DNA from: Actinomycetes bacterium
GTDB taxonomy: Bacteria; Actinomycetota; Thermoleophilia; BMS3ABIN01
Direction of reading: 5' to 3'
DNA: 64,000 bases
Assembly: GCA_021790115.1 (NCBI GenBank)
Contig: JAJYIM010000003.1
Location: forward strand, 16,602-80,601
Shown here: one piece after another, positions 9,918-18,871 of the stretch
Numbering within the stretch: position 1 is the stretch's first letter
Layout: each line of letters starts with the position of its first letter
Program-made: the position numbers and the translations under genes
Notes under the pieces: model-generated
Told to the model about the DNA's origin: nothing
Database searches by the model: none
The model's input: only the letters and a program-made list of their open reading frames with translations

Positions 9918-11552
9918 TCACCGGCCGGCGGCCGGCTCAAAGCGGCAATCCGTGACGGGCTCGGCGGCCAGGCTTCCGGGCAACGACGTGGGATTTGGCC
10001 AGGCGCAGCCGCCCCGGGCCAGCAGCACTTCAGCATTCTGTGGGCCCATTGTGCCGGCGGCATAATTGGGAAAATCATCAGCCGGCAGGGATTGCCAATA
10101 CTCAAGAACGGGCGTCAGAATCGTCCAGGCAGCCTCCACCTGATCGGCGCGCATGAAAATGGTGGCGTCGCCCATCATCAAATCCCAAAGCAGGGTTTTG
10201 TAGGCATCCGGCAATGGCTCGCGGAAGGCGTCCCCGTAATTGAAATGCATGCTTACCGGCTGCAGGATAAGCTGCGCCCCCGGCTTCTTTGCCTGGAATC
10301 TCAAGGATATTCCTTCCTGCGGCTGAATGCAGAGAACCAGCGCCGCCGGCAGCCAGTTGCCGGCGGCCTCGGGAGGGAAAGATTGATGCGGCACCTGGCG
10401 AAAATGAATCACGATTTCCGACACCTGCTGGGCCAGCCGCTTGCCCGTGCGCAGGTAAAAGGGCACGTCTTGCCAGCGCCAATTGTCAACAAACAACTTC
10501 ATGGCGGCAAATGTTTCCGTGTTTGAGTCAGGGGCTACGCCCGGCTCCTGCCGGTATCCCGGCACCTGCTTGCCGTTGATTGTCCCGGCCCCGTACTGGC
10601 CGCGCGTCGCGAACTCCCAGACGGAATTTGACGGAATCTGGCGCACAGCGTGCAGAACGTCAACTTTCTTGTTCCGCAGCTCATCGGCGTCGAAGGAAAC
10701 AGGCGGCTCCATCGCAATCAGGCAAAGCAGTTGCAGCAGATGATTTTGCACCATGTCGCGCAGGGCGCCGGCGCCCTCGTAATAGCCGCCGCGGCGCTCC
10801 AATCCCACCTGCTCAGCCACTGTAATGGTGACGTAGTCAATATAGCGGCGGTTCCAGACAGGCTCGAACAAGACATTGGCAAACCGCAGGGCGAGGATGT
10901 TGCGCACGGTCTCCTTGCCCAGGTAATGGTCAATCCGGAATATCTGCGGCTCGTCAAACCTGCTTGAGATGGTGTGGTTGATTTCAAGCATCGATTTGAG
11001 ATCATGCCCGATAGGTTTTTCCACCAGGATGCGTGATTGCTTTCTTTTGCGGGCCAGCCGGGCCTTGCCCAGCATGTCGGCGATGACGCCGAAGAAACGG
11101 GGGGGAGTGGCGAGGTAAAAAATGCTGAGCGCCTTGCGCTCCCACTTTCTTTCCAGCCGGTCGAGGCGGTCCGCCAGTTGCGCAAATGCTTGTTTATTGG
11201 TAAAGTCCGCCCTAAAGTAACTAAAATGGCTGCCGAACTCTTTCCAGTCTTTCCCCCGGAGTTGGTGCTGGGCAAAGCGCTTGGCCCCGCTCCGGAACCG
11301 CTCCAGCAGCTCGTCTTCTCTGATCTGGACTGCGTCTACGATGACAATGGCAAAATAATCAGGCAGGCAGCCATCCTTAAAGAGGTCAAACAGCGCCGGC
11401 ACCAGCTTGCGCCAGGCCAGGTCGCCGGCCCCGCCGAAGATCACGAGCACGGTGGGCTCAGACGGCGGTTGATAGGAAGAAAGACCCGTTAGCGCGACTG
11501 CAGCTGACCCTTTTCGCTTTTGTGCTCTTGCTTGTGTTTTGACGGTTTGCAT
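9918..11552 (-). CDS. zwf: Glucose-6-phosphate 1-dehydrogenase
   Basis: GGAGDLA, EKPIG, RIDHYLGKE, RDMVQNH, PFYLRTGK. Confidence 0.98.
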   Translation of the reverse strand: MQTVKTQARAQKRKGSAAVALTGLSSYQPPSEPTVLVIFGGAGDLAWRKLVPALFDLFKDGCLPDYFAIVIVDAVQIREDELLERFRSGAKRFAQHQLRGKDWKEFGSHFSYFRADFTNKQAFAQLADRLDRLERKWERKALSIFYLATPPRFFGVIADMLGKARLARKRKQSRILVEKPIGHDLKSMLEINHTISSRFDEPQIFRIDHYLGKETVRNILALRFANVLFEPVWNRRYIDYVTITVAEQVGLERRGGYYEGAGALRDMVQNHLLQLLCLIAMEPPVSFDADELRNKKVDVLHAVRQIPSNSVWEFATRGQYGAGTINGKQVPGYRQEPGVAPDSNTETFAAMKLFVDNWRWQDVPFYLRTGKRLAQQVSEIVIHFRQVPHQSFPPEAAGNWLPAALVLCIQPQEGISLRFQAKKPGAQLILQPVSMHFNYGDAFREPLPDAYKTLLWDLMMGDATIFMRADQVEAAWTILTPVLEYWQSLPADDFPNYAAGTMGPQNAEVLLARGGCAWPNPTSLPGSLAAEPVTDCRFEPAAGR

Positions 11553-11577
11553 TTTCCTTCCTTGTCTCGAGGAGCTG

Positions 11578-13005
11578 TTATTTCAGGGCGGCCGTCTTCT
11601 GTATCATGTCAATCAACGGCGCAGGATAAACACCCAGCCAGAAAATCACCGCCAGCAGCGCCGTCAGCATCAGGCTGCCGGCCCAGGGACAGGAAGCGGT
11701 GGCCTCGCCTGAGCTTGCCCCGCGCGGCCGCATGTACATCACCACGACCAGCCGCAGATAATAATAAAGGCTGATGCCGCTGCCGGCCACGAGCGAAAAG
11801 ACAAGCAGCCACAGCGATGAGCCCACGCCCGCGTCCAGCAGGTAGAACTTGCCGATAAAACCGGCTGTCAGCGGGATCCCTGCCAATGAAAAAAGCATGG
11901 CGGCAAATATCGCCGCCAGCCAGGGGCGGCGCCAGAAAAGCCCGCGGTAATCTTCCACGGCGTCTGCTTCGCGGCCGCGGCAAGGCGTCATCCCTACCAC
12001 TCCAAACGCACCCAGCGTTGTCGCCGTATAGGCAGACAGGTAAAAAGTGACGGCGGTGATGGCAAGGGGGCCGCTGGCCAGAAAAGCAACCAACAGATAA
12101 CCGAGATGAGCAATAGAAGAATATGCCAGAATCCTTTTTACGTTGTCCTGAGTTAGCGCCAGCAAATTACCGGCCAGCATTGAGGCAATGGCAATCAGCG
12201 CAAACATCAGAAACAGGTGCGCCTGCGGCCGGATGCCGACCTGGCTGAAGAACCTCAGCGCCAGGGCAAAGACGCCAACCTTGGAAACCGTGGCCACAAA
12301 CGCTGTCACCGGCGCCGGCGCTCCCTGATAAACATCCGCAGTCCACATGTGAAACGGCACCAACGCCAGCTTGAAACCAAGGCCAACCGCGAGCAAACCA
12401 AGGCCGGTTGTAAACAAGACACCGGCGTTCGCATCGGCTAAAGCCGCCATGCGGGAAAACTGCATGGTTCCTGTTTGATCATAAATGAAAGCCATGCCAA
12501 AAAGAAGAACAGAAGTTGATACCGAAGCCAAAATCAGGTACTTGACACCGGCTTCAATATTAAGGCGGCCGCGCGGGTAAGCAATCAGGATAAAGAGGGA
12601 TGAGCTGAGCAGCTCCAGCCCCAGGAACAGCGAAGCAAAGTGGCTGCTGGCGGCCATGACGGCGGCGCCAAGGGCGGCCAGCAGCAGCAGCAGGTAAAGT
12701 TCCTCCTGTTGCCCCTGCTGTTTGCGCAGATAGACAAAGGAAAAAACTGCCACAACAAACGTTGCCGCCAGGATGACGCCGGTATAAAACAGGGCGTAGC
12801 CGTCAACAACAAGGAGCGAGGTTACCCGGCGCGGGCCGCTACCAGCCGCCAACGGCAGCATCGCGGCGGCGGCCGTCAGCCCTGCCAGTGTGATCAGCAA
12901 GACCAGGATGTGGCTGCGGTAAACCGAAACCGCCAGCATGATCAGGACCACAGTTGCGGCAAGCACCGTCAGCGGCAACAGCGAGATAAAATCCTGGCCG
13001 CTCAA
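11578..13005 (-). CDS. nuoN: NADH-quinone oxidoreductase subunit N
   Basis: EAGVKY, GFKLALVPFHMW, KRILAYSSIAH. Confidence 0.97.
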   Translation of the reverse strand: MSGQDFISLLPLTVLAATVVLIMLAVSVYRSHILVLLITLAGLTAAAAMLPLAAGSGPRRVTSLLVVDGYALFYTGVILAATFVVAVFSFVYLRKQQGQQEELYLLLLLAALGAAVMAASSHFASLFLGLELLSSSLFILIAYPRGRLNIEAGVKYLILASVSTSVLLFGMAFIYDQTGTMQFSRMAALADANAGVLFTTGLGLLAVGLGFKLALVPFHMWTADVYQGAPAPVTAFVATVSKVGVFALALRFFSQVGIRPQAHLFLMFALIAIASMLAGNLLALTQDNVKRILAYSSIAHLGYLLVAFLASGPLAITAVTFYLSAYTATTLGAFGVVGMTPCRGREADAVEDYRGLFWRRPWLAAIFAAMLFSLAGIPLTAGFIGKFYLLDAGVGSSLWLLVFSLVAGSGISLYYYLRLVVVMYMRPRGASSGEATASCPWAGSLMLTALLAVIFWLGVYPAPLIDMIQKTAALK

Positions 13006-14567
13006 GAACCGCTCCCCGGTTTTGTGGCGCCTGCCTGGGGGTCCTTGTGCGCCACCGCGCCTGATGCTTCCGGCTGATGGTGCCCGGGCGCGTAACTGCC
13101 GAGCTTTTTCAGAGCTCCGCGCGCTGTACTTAAAACCGGCTGCGGGTAGAGGCCCAGTGCAGTGATCACCACAATCATGACCGCCATGATCGCGCTTTCA
13201 CGCAGGTTGTAATCAGGCAGTTGCCGGTGGTGCTTGTTCCGGCCCAGAAACACCCGCTGAACCAACCAAAGGGCGTAGACCGTGGAAACGATAAAACCAA
13301 GCGACGCCAGCACTGCCAGCGGAATGCTAACCTGGTAAACGCCCAGGAGCACCAGGAATTCACCGACAAAATTTCCCAGCCCCGGCAGCCCCAGCGAAGC
13401 GAGCGCAAACAGCAGCCCGGCTCCGCTCAGCCGCGGCATCACTGACCAAAGGCCACCCATGCGGTCAAGATCGCGCGTATGGATGCGGTCCTGGAGGTCG
13501 CCCACGATCACGAACAGCGCCCCGGTGCTGACCCCGTGCGCAATCATGATGACAATTGCTCCCTGCAGAGCCAGCTGGTTCCAGGCAAAGATCCCCAGCA
13601 GCACGAAACCCATGTGGCTGATGCTGGTGTAAGCGACCATGCGCTTAAGGTCAGTCTGGGAAAATGCCAGCAAGGCGCCGTAAATGATGCCCGCTACCGC
13701 CAGCGACATCGCCAGCGTGGAAAAATCAGAGGCGGCGCGGGGAAAAAGCGGCAGCAAAAAACGGAGCATGCCAAAAGCGCCCACTTTCAGCACCAGGCCA
13801 GCCAGGGCAACGCTGCCTGCCGTAGGCGCCTCTGTGTGGGCGTCGGGCAGCCAGGTGTGCAGCGGTAGCACCGGCAGCTTCACGGCAAAGGCGATGAAGA
13901 ACCCCAGCATCAACGCCATTTCCGTGAACGATGACATCGGTGTTCCCAACAGCCCGAGATAATCAAAAGTGTAAACGCCGCTGCTGTTTGCATGAGCAAA
14001 ATAGAGGCCCAGGATCGCCACCAGCATCACGAGGCTGCTGGCCTGGGTAAAGATAAAAAATTTAAGCGCCGCGTAAACGCGGTTCTGGTGCCCCCAGATG
14101 CCAATCAGAAAATAAAGCGGCACCAGCATCAGCTCCCAGAAAAAATAAAACAGAAACAGGTCAACAGCTAAAAAAACGCCGTCAATCGCCGCCAGAATCC
14201 AGAGCAGGTTAAAATGGAAAAATCCAACCCGGTGCTGGATGCCCTGCCACGAGGCGGCCACGGCCACGATCCCGAGAAAGCTTGTCAGCAGAATCATCAA
14301 CAGGCCAACGCCGTCCAGGGCCAGGTGAAACCTGGCGCCCCAGGCCGGGATCCAGGGCAGATTAAGCTCAGCCAGCCACTGTCCCGGAGCAGCCACAGCC
14401 AGGTTTCCGTGGCTAAAAAAGCCAATCCAGAGGCCGGTCAGCGCCGCCAGTTGCACCAGCAGCGTTATCAGCGAAATCCAGCGCGGCCAGGCATTGCCCC
14501 ACCGGGCCGAAAACCAGGCCAGCAGGCCTCCGGCAAGCAGCCACAGAATTAGCCAGGCCAGGATCAC
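13002..14567 (-). CDS. nuoM: NADH-quinone oxidoreductase subunit M
   Basis: FFWELMLVP, HTWLPDAHTEAPT, GLPGLGNFVGE. Confidence 0.97.
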   Translation of the reverse strand: MILAWLILWLLAGGLLAWFSARWGNAWPRWISLITLLVQLAALTGLWIGFFSHGNLAVAAPGQWLAELNLPWIPAWGARFHLALDGVGLLMILLTSFLGIVAVAASWQGIQHRVGFFHFNLLWILAAIDGVFLAVDLFLFYFFWELMLVPLYFLIGIWGHQNRVYAALKFFIFTQASSLVMLVAILGLYFAHANSSGVYTFDYLGLLGTPMSSFTEMALMLGFFIAFAVKLPVLPLHTWLPDAHTEAPTAGSVALAGLVLKVGAFGMLRFLLPLFPRAASDFSTLAMSLAVAGIIYGALLAFSQTDLKRMVAYTSISHMGFVLLGIFAWNQLALQGAIVIMIAHGVSTGALFVIVGDLQDRIHTRDLDRMGGLWSVMPRLSGAGLLFALASLGLPGLGNFVGEFLVLLGVYQVSIPLAVLASLGFIVSTVYALWLVQRVFLGRNKHHRQLPDYNLRESAIMAVMIVVITALGLYPQPVLSTARGALKKLGSYAPGHHQPEASGAVAHKDPQAGATKPGSGS

Positions 14568-16441
14568 CAGTTCACCATCATCGCCAGGACGACGATCACG
14601 CCGGCGGCAATGCCGGCGGCGTACCAGCGTGTCCGGCCGGTCTGGGTTTTACCTAGCAGCCTTCCCGCACCGGCCGCCGTCCGGGCCATGCCCGTAAAAA
14701 TGAGATCAAGCAGGTCGTTCTTGCCGGCATGGGCAAGACATGTGTAGGGCATGACAATAATACGCTCGTAAATCCAGTCAAAGCCCCAGCCGGCAAACCA
14801 CCAGCGGTGAAGCAGCCTTCCCGGGGCTGAAGCCGCCAGCGCTTCGGCGTGGCTTGGCCGGCGCAAAAACAGGTGGTAGGCCAGGTAAATGCCGGACAGG
14901 CTGGCGGCGGCGGCGATCAGACCGAACGCAAACTGAGCTGTGGCGCTGCCGGCCTGCTGCATGGCCGGCAGGGAGTGATGCAAAAAGCGTGACAAAACCG
15001 GCAGTCCCGGCGCCTCCACAAATCCGCCCGCCAGGGAAAGCACGGCAAGCGCCACCAGGGGTGCCTGCATGGAAAAACCCGGCAGGCTGCCAATACGGCC
15101 GCGGCTGCGTCCAAAAAAGGTAAGGAAAACCATGCGAAAAGTGTAAATGGATGTCAAAAAAGCCCCGGCCAGACCGGCCGCCCACAGCCAAACGCTGCCC
15201 GAGGCCGATGACCAGGCATCCCAAAGGATAAGGTCCTTGCTGTAAAAACCGGCAGTGATGAGCGGCAGCGCAGATAGGGAAGCCGCGCCGGCCAGGAAAG
15301 TCCAGAAGGCAAGCGGAAGCTGTTTGCGAAGTCCTCCCATCCGGAACATGTCATGCTCCTCGCCCAGGGCTTTTATCACCACTCCCGCGCCAAGGAACAA
15401 GAGCGCCTTAAAAAAGGCGTGGGTCATGAAATGGAAGATTGCCGCCGACCACGCGCCCACTCCCAGCGCCAGGAACATGTAGCCGATCTGGCTGATGGTG
15501 GAATAGGCAAGCACCCGCTTGATATCCCTCTGGACAAGAGCGCTAAAACCGGCCAACAGCAGAGTTGCGGCGCCAATTACGGCCACCAGCAGGCGCACGT
15601 GCGGCGCCAGGCTGAAAAGCGCGTTTGTGCGGGCAATCAGGTAGACGCCGGCTGTAACCATGGTGGCGGCATGAATGAGGGCGCTCACGGGAGTGGGGCC
15701 GGCCATCGCGTCCGGCAGCCAGGTTTGCAGCGGCAACTGCGCCGATTTTCCCAAGGCTCCGGTCAGCAGGAGGGCGGCGGCCGCCACCGCTAGGCCGGAG
15801 CCGGCCTGCCAGTGGGCGGAAGCCAGTCGCATCAGCGCCTGGATTTGCAGCGTGCCCAGCTTGTTAAACAGGAGGAAAAGGGCGATTGCCATGGCGGCAT
15901 CGCCCACGCGCGTAACGATAAAGGCCTTGCGGGCGGCCCGGCCGTTGGCGGCGTCCTTGTACCAGAAGCCGATCAACAGGTAGCTGCAAAGGCCCACACC
16001 CTCCCAGCCAAGGTATAGCAGGACGAGATTGTCCGCCAGCACCAGCGTCAGCATGAACCCCACAAACAGGTTCATGTAAGCGAAGAAGCGCCGGCGGCCT
16101 TCATCGGCAGACATGAATCCGCTGGAATAGATATGGATAAGAAAGCTGACAACCGAAATTACGAGGATCATTACCAGCGAAAGCGCATCCAGGTAAAAGG
16201 AAATGCCCGGGTCGAATCCTCCGACCTTCATCCATGTCCACAGCGTTTGGGAGTAGGAGTACCCTGCAGGCGGGGAAATCAGAAAATCGAGGGAAAGCGC
16301 CAGCGACGCCAGCGCCGACAGGCCCACCGATCCGGCGCCGATGGCGGCGCTGCCCCGCCGGCCGAGCCGGCGGCCTCCCAGCGCCAAGAGCGCAAAGCCG
16401 GCAAAAGGAAAGAAGGGTATCAGGAAAAGCAGCCTTAGCAC
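14564..16441 (-). CDS. nuoL: NADH-quinone oxidoreductase subunit L
   Basis: GWEGVGLCSY, GKSAQLPLQTWLPDAMAGPTPVSALIHAATMV. Confidence 0.98.
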   Translation of the reverse strand: MLRLLFLIPFFPFAGFALLALGGRRLGRRGSAAIGAGSVGLSALASLALSLDFLISPPAGYSYSQTLWTWMKVGGFDPGISFYLDALSLVMILVISVVSFLIHIYSSGFMSADEGRRRFFAYMNLFVGFMLTLVLADNLVLLYLGWEGVGLCSYLLIGFWYKDAANGRAARKAFIVTRVGDAAMAIALFLLFNKLGTLQIQALMRLASAHWQAGSGLAVAAAALLLTGALGKSAQLPLQTWLPDAMAGPTPVSALIHAATMVTAGVYLIARTNALFSLAPHVRLLVAVIGAATLLLAGFSALVQRDIKRVLAYSTISQIGYMFLALGVGAWSAAIFHFMTHAFFKALLFLGAGVVIKALGEEHDMFRMGGLRKQLPLAFWTFLAGAASLSALPLITAGFYSKDLILWDAWSSASGSVWLWAAGLAGAFLTSIYTFRMVFLTFFGRSRGRIGSLPGFSMQAPLVALAVLSLAGGFVEAPGLPVLSRFLHHSLPAMQQAGSATAQFAFGLIAAAASLSGIYLAYHLFLRRPSHAEALAASAPGRLLHRWWFAGWGFDWIYERIIVMPYTCLAHAGKNDLLDLIFTGMARTAAGAGRLLGKTQTGRTRWYAAGIAAGVIVVLAMMVNW

Positions 16442-16444
16442 GGC

Positions 16445-16753
16445 TCAGCCTTTCATTCTGCTTGCTTTGTCGATGTCCAGGGATTTGAGATGGTGATAAA
16501 GCTGCAGCACCAGCGCCAGCCCCAGTGAAACCTCCACTGCCGCCATGGCCAAGATGAAGATGAACATCAACTGCCCGTCGGGCTGCCGCCAGCGGGAGCC
16601 GCCGACAACAAACGCGAGGCCGGACGCGTTTACCATGATCTCAATCGACAACAGCATGAAAATGATGTTGCGGCGCGCCAGCACGCCGGCGAACCCGAGG
16701 ACAAACAGCGCCGCCGCCAGCAGCAGCCCGTAATTGGCGGGGATGGACGCCAT
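16445..16753 (-). CDS. nuoK: NADH-quinone oxidoreductase subunit K
   Basis: RRNIIFMLLSIEIM, DGQ; operon position. Confidence 0.96.
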   Translation of the reverse strand: MASIPANYGLLLAAALFVLGFAGVLARRNIIFMLLSIEIMVNASGLAFVVGGSRWRQPDGQLMFIFILAMAAVEVSLGLALVLQLYHHLKSLDIDKASRMKG

Positions 16754-17301
16754 TAGACTTTCTCTCCATTTGGCCGACCGGAGCCTGGACTGTCGGAGCC
16801 TTCACTGCCGGAGCGGCGGCCCAGGTGGTAGGCTCCCACCAGCCCGGCCAGCAGCAGCAGCGAGGCCAGCTCAACCCCAAGCAGGTATGGCCCAAACAGG
16901 GCGATGCCCACTTCATTTGCGCCCACCACGGCCGTGCCGGCTTTGGGCTCCTGCTCGCCCCCGGAGATAAGGATGTAGATGAGCTCTCCCGCCAGGATCA
17001 GCGCCAGCGCGGCCGGACCCAGCCAGGTCCTCGGCTTGAGCCAGATGCGCTCCACCCGCGCCGCCTGGGGGCCAAGGTTAAGGATCATGATTACGAAAAT
17101 AAACAGCACCATAATCGCCCCGGCGTAGATGATCGCCTCAAGCGCCGCCGCAAAAGGCGCCCCCAGGATGAAAAAAATCAGCGATACGGCCAGCAGCGAG
17201 ACAATCAGGTAAAGGAGCGCGTGAACGGCGTTATAGCGGGTGATCACGGCAAGTGTGGCCACAACCGCAACCGCCGCCGAGATGTAAAAAGTGACGTCCA
17301 A
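16753..17301 (-). CDS. nuoJ: NADH-quinone oxidoreductase subunit J
   Basis: YAGAIMVLF, ELASLLLLAG. Confidence 0.96.
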   Translation of the reverse strand: MDVTFYISAAVAVVATLAVITRYNAVHALLYLIVSLLAVSLIFFILGAPFAAALEAIIYAGAIMVLFIFVIMILNLGPQAARVERIWLKPRTWLGPAALALILAGELIYILISGGEQEPKAGTAVVGANEVGIALFGPYLLGVELASLLLLAGLVGAYHLGRRSGSEGSDSPGSGRPNGEKV

Positions 17302-17319
17302 GCTATTCTCCGTAGGTCA

Positions 17320-17835
17320 TTACGGCGCAAGCTCCAGTGGGTCGGTGGGGCGTTCTTCCTCTTGAGCCCCGCCTTTATCCTTGCCGCCAATAGCCACGCC
17401 GGCCACCCGGTAAAAATTATAATCATGATACTTGCCAGGACCGCTGATCAACAGGTCTTCCTTTTCATAAACAAGGTTCTGGCGGTCGTATTCACACATC
17501 TCGAAATCAGGAGTCAGCTGGATGGCGTCAGTGGGGCAGGCTTCTTCACAGTAGCCGCAGAAAATGCAGCGCGAAAAGTTAATCCGGAAAAATGAGGGAT
17601 AACGGCGGCCCTGCCTGTCTTCCGTGGCCTGCAGGGAGATGCAGTCAACCGGGCAGGCGGCGGCGCAAAGATAACAGGCAACGCAGCGCTCCCGGCCGTC
17701 AGGATCGCGGGAAAGGATGATCCGGCCCCGCCATCGCGGCGGCAAGTAATCCTTGTGCTCGGGGTACTGGATCGTGGCACGCTTCCTGAACGCATGCAAA
17801 AAGACCTGCCACATGCTTTTAAACAGGCTAATCAT
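17320..17835 (-). CDS. nuoI: NADH-quinone oxidoreductase subunit I
   Basis: Two CxxCxxCxxxCP ferredoxin motifs. Confidence 0.97.
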   Translation of the reverse strand: MISLFKSMWQVFLHAFRKRATIQYPEHKDYLPPRWRGRIILSRDPDGRERCVACYLCAAACPVDCISLQATEDRQGRRYPSFFRINFSRCIFCGYCEEACPTDAIQLTPDFEMCEYDRQNLVYEKEDLLISGPGKYHDYNFYRVAGVAIGGKDKGGAQEEERPTDPLELAP

Positions 17836-17843
17836 ATGATCTC

Positions 17844-18797
17844 CTACCGGGTGGCAAGCACGATTCCTCCCGTAACTACCAGATTCAGGAGCGCCAGCGG
17901 CAGCATCACCTTCCAGCCAAACGACATCAGCTGATCGTAGCGAGGCCGGGGAAAGGTGGCCCTGAGCAGAATGAAGAAGCAGATAAAAAACAGCGTTTTA
18001 ATCGCCAGCCATGCCAGCGGCGGCAGCAGCGGGCCCTGCCAGCCGCCAAAGAATAGCACGCAGATGAGGACGGAGATCAGCGTGATGCCCAGGTATTCTT
18101 CCACGAAGAAGAGGGCGAATTTCATCCCTGAATATTCGGCGTGAAAACCGGCAACCAGCTCACCCTCCGCTTCCGGAAGATCAAATGGCAGCCGGCGGGT
18201 CTCGGCAATACCCGCGGTGAGGAAAATAAGCATGCCGGAAAACTGGGGCACCACGTACCAGAGTCCCTTCTGGGCTTCGACAATGTTTTTCAGGTCAAAG
18301 GAGCCGGCCAGCATGACGACACCCATCAGCGACAGGCTCATAAATACTTCATAGCTGAGCATCTGGGCCGCGGCCCGCATGCTGCCCAGCAGCGAGTACT
18401 TGCTGTCCGAGGCCCAGCCCGCCAGAACGACCCCGTACACGGCCAGCGAAGACATCGCCAGGAAAAAAAGCAGGCCGATGTTAAGATCGGCCACTGCAAT
18501 TCCGGGCGCGTAGGTGATTATGGCAAATGTAAGCAGCACGGGAACAATGATTGCAGCCGGCGCCACGACAAACACAGCCGCGTCGGCAAAGGGAGGCACC
18601 CAGTCTTCCTTGGAAAGAATCTTGATCATGTCCGCCAGCACCTGCAGCAGGCCAAACGGCCCGACCCGGTTGGGACCGTACCGGTCCTGCCACAGCGCCA
18701 GCAGCCGCCGTTCCAGCCAGATAAGGCCGGCGCTGACAGAAAGCGCCGCGATGATGACGCCGAAGATCGTGATAAGTGAAATGACTGCGCTATACAT
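17844..18797 (-). CDS. nuoH: NADH-quinone oxidoreductase subunit H
   Basis: [25 protein letters not shown]. Confidence 0.98.
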   Translation of the reverse strand: MYSAVISLITIFGVIIAALSVSAGLIWLERRLLALWQDRYGPNRVGPFGLLQVLADMIKILSKEDWVPPFADAAVFVVAPAAIIVPVLLTFAIITYAPGIAVADLNIGLLFFLAMSSLAVYGVVLAGWASDSKYSLLGSMRAAAQMLSYEVFMSLSLMGVVMLAGSFDLKNIVEAQKGLWYVVPQFSGMLIFLTAGIAETRRLPFDLPEAEGELVAGFHAEYSGMKFALFFVEEYLGITLISVLICVLFFGGWQGPLLPPLAWLAIKTLFFICFFILLRATFPRPRYDQLMSFGWKVMLPLALLNLVVTGGIVLATR

Positions 18798-18871
18798 TGA
18801 TGCGCTTCCTGTTTGTCAATGCGGTCATGCCTGAACTTTCATCACATGTGACCGCCGGGTGCAGGCCCCCT

